Of a stretch of 39,167 nt of DNA, positions 36,720 to 39,167 are shown in pieces (the first letter of the stretch is position 1; every line of letters begins with the position of its first letter). The notes below the pieces were generated by a model that saw only the letters and a list, made by a program, of their open reading frames with translations, had not been told where the DNA came from and searched no databases. The stretch is from an uncultured Bacilli bacterium (GTDB lineage Bacteria; Bacillota_I; Bacilli_A; RF39; UBA660), in the NCBI GenBank assembly GCA_947623975.1, contig CANQHY010000001.1, positions 1 to 39,167 on the forward strand, read 5' to 3'. The translations under genes and the position numbers were made by a program.

Positions 36720-37350
36720 AGTAAAGAAAATAATCAAGGGAATTGCAATTGAAATTGCATTTTCCCTTTTCTTTTCATCATTTTTCATTTTTAGTGTTTA
36801 TTTCTTATTTAGAGATAAAATATATAATTCAATCTTTCTTATTAATAGACTTATAGTAGTAGAAAAAAATACTGAAACTGAAGATAAAGAAATCAGCTTT
36901 GATAGCGTTAAAAAAAGATTAGTTCATTATCCTTACTATGGTGAGGTTTGGGCTACAATAAGAATACCTAAAGTTGAAATAAACGCGGTTGTCTACCATG
37001 GTGATACCCTAGATATTCTAGATAAAGGAGTAGGGCACTTTTCAGGTAGCTATTTTCCTGCTGAGGGTGGAACAGTAATTATTGATGGACACAATAGCCC
37101 TTCACAATTTGGCAGAATTCCTGGATTAGATGTAGGAGATAATATAATAATTGAAGCCAAGTATGGAACCTTTACTTATGAGGTTACTGAAGGAAAAATA
37201 ATGAAAGCAACAGAACTTGAGAAAATAAACATTCAAGATGATAGGGAAGAACTAGTTTTGTATACATGTTATCCCATAAGTGCAATAGGATATAAAACAG
37301 ATAGGTATGTAATATATGCAAAATTAGTCGGTGAAGAATATGAAAATTAA
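36709..37350 (+). CDS. Sortase-family transpeptidase
   Basis: N-terminal TM helix. Motifs IRIPKVEINAVVYHG, VIIDGHNS (His), LVLYTCYP (Cys187, TGT at 37267-37269) and DRYVIYAKL (Arg). Confidence 0.85.
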   Translation: MLNKVKKIIKGIAIEIAFSLFFSSFFIFSVYFLFRDKIYNSIFLINRLIVVEKNTETEDKEISFDSVKKRLVHYPYYGEVWATIRIPKVEINAVVYHGDTLDILDKGVGHFSGSYFPAEGGTVIIDGHNSPSQFGRIPGLDVGDNIIIEAKYGTFTYEVTEGKIMKATELEKINIQDDREELVLYTCYPISAIGYKTDRYVIYAKLVGEEYEN

Positions 37351-38161
37351 AACATTATTAAAATATGTTGTCGAATTTATAATGTCTATTACTCTTTTTT
37401 TATTTATTTCTTTTTTAATACTTAAAACTACTGTATTTAATGAACATTATTTTATTTCACAATTAGATAAAAATAATTATTTTGAATCTTTATATGAAAC
37501 TGTAAATAAAAATATGTCATATTATATAGTTCAATCAGGATTAACTAAAGATGTCTTAACCGATATATATACAGTGAATGATTTAAAGAAAAATGTAAAA
37601 GATAGTATTGGTGTACTCTATGGAAAAGCTAAGACTGAAATAGATACAACAGCTATTAAAAAAAGATTAGAGGATAATATTAAAAGGTATTTAGAATCTA
37701 ATAGTAATTTAGTAGCAGATGATAATTCTCTTGATATGTTTGTTTCAAAAATGATGGATGTTTATGTTGAAAATATAGAACTTTCTAATACGATAGATAC
37801 TTTAGCACCTAAATTTACTAAGCTTAATGCAGTTATAAATACTATCTTAATAATTAGTTTTATCTTAGTAGCACTCTCTTTTGCTTATCTTACTGTAGTT
37901 TCTAAAAGGGGAAGATTGTCAGTATCGATTATGACTTGTGGAATCTTGTTAATTGTTATTTATTTTTTCTTTAATAAAAATGTTGATGTAAAAAATATTG
38001 TTTTTTATAATGATGCTGTTTCAAATATAATTAGAGCAATTTTTTCTAATATATTAAAATTATTTAAATATACTGGCATTGTTGTTTTAGTATTTGGTTT
38101 TATCTTTACGCTTAAAAGACAAATACGACAAAATAGACTAAAAATAGTAAAAATTCGCTAA
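37331..38161 (+). CDS. Hypothetical polytopic membrane protein co-transcribed with the sortase
   Basis: GTG 37331 or ATG 37340 overlaps the sortase 3' end. N-terminal TM helix, a ~130-aa extracytoplasmic segment, then 3 C-terminal TM helices. No recognisable family. Confidence 0.6.
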   Translation: MKNMKIKTLLKYVVEFIMSITLFLFISFLILKTTVFNEHYFISQLDKNNYFESLYETVNKNMSYYIVQSGLTKDVLTDIYTVNDLKKNVKDSIGVLYGKAKTEIDTTAIKKRLEDNIKRYLESNSNLVADDNSLDMFVSKMMDVYVENIELSNTIDTLAPKFTKLNAVINTILIISFILVALSFAYLTVVSKRGRLSVSIMTCGILLIVIYFFFNKNVDVKNIVFYNDAVSNIIRAIFSNILKLFKYTGIVVLVFGFIFTLKRQIRQNRLKIVKIR

Positions 38162-38226
38162 AATTTTAATTTATAGGTAAAAAAGCTTCCTTTATGTGTA
38201 ATATTAATAATAAGGGAGGTTTTTTT

Positions 38227-38367
38227 ATGATAGTTTTGTTATTATCCATAATTTTTATACCAATGTTATTTGTATTTTGGTGTATACTTAGAATTTCTAG
38301 TATTGAAAGTCGTAATGAAGAATTTATTATAAATAGTCTTAGTAGACATAAAAAAATTGTTAAATGA
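38227..38367 (+). CDS. Small (46 aa) membrane protein, not in the supplied ORF track
   Basis: Strong RBS AAGGGAGG (38212-38219) lies 7 nt before ATG 38227. Product MIVLLLSIIFIPMLFVFWCILRISSIESRNEEFIINSLSRHKKIVK*, with TGA at 38365-38367. Confidence 0.45.
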   Translation: MIVLLLSIIFIPMLFVFWCILRISSIESRNEEFIINSLSRHKKIVK

Positions 38368-38441
38368 ATATAAATACTCTGTATACCCTTGAAAAAAAAT
38401 GTTAAATAAGATATAATTTGATAGTATTTGAGAGGTTGATT

Positions 38442-39146
38442 ATGGAAGAAATTAATTTAAAAGATTTATTCAGTTATATGCTTAGCAAAATTTTTATTAT
38501 AATCATTGCTATAGTAATATTTCTTATCGGGGGAGTTGTTTATAGAGAGTGTTTTAAGACGCCATTGTATGAATCTTATACGACGATTATACTTACAAAG
38601 GTTAATGATTCAACCAATGTTGAAACGGGAATTACTCAAAATGATATTACCCTTAACCAAAAATTAGTTTCCACATATAGAGAAATTATTAGAAGTAAGC
38701 GTATTCTTGATAAGGTTATTAAGGATTTAGAGCTCGATATAAGTGTTGATGATCTTATGAATCGTATAAGTGTCACAAATAAAGAAGATACTGAATTGAT
38801 TCGTATTTCAGTAGTAGATGAGGATAGCGAGACAGCTCAAAATATTGTAACTAGAGTATCTAAGGTTTTTGCCGATGAAATAGTTAGAATTTATAATATC
38901 GAAAACATAAGTACTATTGATTATGCTAGTGCAAGTGATGTTCCTTATAATATAAATGTTGCTAAGGAAACAGTTATTTCTGTATTGCTAGGTGCTTTCC
39001 TAGGATGTGCTATTGTGTTTGTAATGTTCTATTTTGATACAACTGTAAAAAGTGTTGAGGAAATTGAAAGAAAATTGGAATTACCAATTCTTGGAAGCGT
39101 ACCAAGAAGTCATACACGTAGTCGTAGTAAAGGGGGAAGTAACTAA
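38442..39146 (+). CDS. Polysaccharide chain-length determinant / tyrosine-kinase modulator (Wzz, CpsC/CapA/YwqC-type)
   Basis: AGAGG RBS before ATG 38442 (the tracked ORF starts at 38418). TM helix, then LYESYTTIIL...NQKLVSTYREIIRSKRILDKVI...IRISV.D.D...AQ.I, a second TM helix, and C-terminal ELPILGSVP. Confidence 0.85.
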   Translation: MEEINLKDLFSYMLSKIFIIIIAIVIFLIGGVVYRECFKTPLYESYTTIILTKVNDSTNVETGITQNDITLNQKLVSTYREIIRSKRILDKVIKDLELDISVDDLMNRISVTNKEDTELIRISVVDEDSETAQNIVTRVSKVFADEIVRIYNIENISTIDYASASDVPYNINVAKETVISVLLGAFLGCAIVFVMFYFDTTVKSVEEIERKLELPILGSVPRSHTRSRSKGGSN

Positions 39147-39167
39147 TGAAGAAAGAGTTAATTGTTG
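39146..39167 (+). CDS. Start of the next gene (probably a CpsD/YwqD-type tyrosine kinase), truncated by the window end
   Basis: TAATG stop/start overlap. The MKKELIV... opening and the position after a cpsC-like gene fit. Only 7 codons are visible. Confidence 0.4.

Noticed and set aside
1-39167. CRISPR arrays, rRNA genes, IS elements, integrases and prophage structural genes
   Set aside because: Reading both strands found no regularly spaced direct repeats, no rRNA-like conserved segments, and no transposase or integrase motifs.

Overview
AT-rich, low-GC Bacillota-type chromosomal segment, with every convincing gene except one on the + strand. No rRNA, CRISPR array, integrase or transposase was seen. 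Order of contents: (1) 382-1293, an ASCH-domain protein fused to a Cys/His hydrolase-like domain. (2) 1426-7554, a 1725-aa secreted M60-like (HEVGH) zinc peptidase. It carries CBM32/F5-8-type-C-like and FN3 modules and an internal two-segment dockerin. A small, possibly cohesin-like, membrane-anchored protein with an Asn/Asp-rich linker follows it. (3) An orphan A118-type holin-like gene and tRNA-Ser(GCU) at 8009-8101. (4) 8974-13812, a ~1600-aa wall or surface protein with a beta-helix head, about 14 divergent Listeria-Bacteroides (Flg_new)-like repeats and a TPNTG-type C-terminal anchor. (5) A membrane metallophosphoesterase and a stand-alone mraY. (6) 16681-28345, a Wzx/Wzy-type polysaccharide locus: priming sugar transferase, three glycosyltransferases, wzy, wzx, capE/F/G (UDP-L-FucNAc pathway) and a UDP-glucuronate 4-epimerase. 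Further precursor genes (GHMP sugar kinase, nucleotidyltransferase, ugd) lie at 30555-33816. (7) Two conflict-type insertions sit inside or beside that locus. One is a self-contained two-gene module of an AAA_21/ABC-type ATPase plus a small Toprim-clan (RloB/DUF4276-like) protein at 28511-30436. The other is a lone, oppositely oriented KAP-family P-loop NTPase at 33881-35173. These are my best candidates for an undescribed or poorly described defence system. (8) vanZ-like gene, a three-gene sortase operon, an untracked 46-aa membrane ORF, and the start of a second capsule module (cpsC/wzz-like gene and the first codons of a cpsD-like gene). All functional calls come from motif recognition by eye. 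No database search was run.
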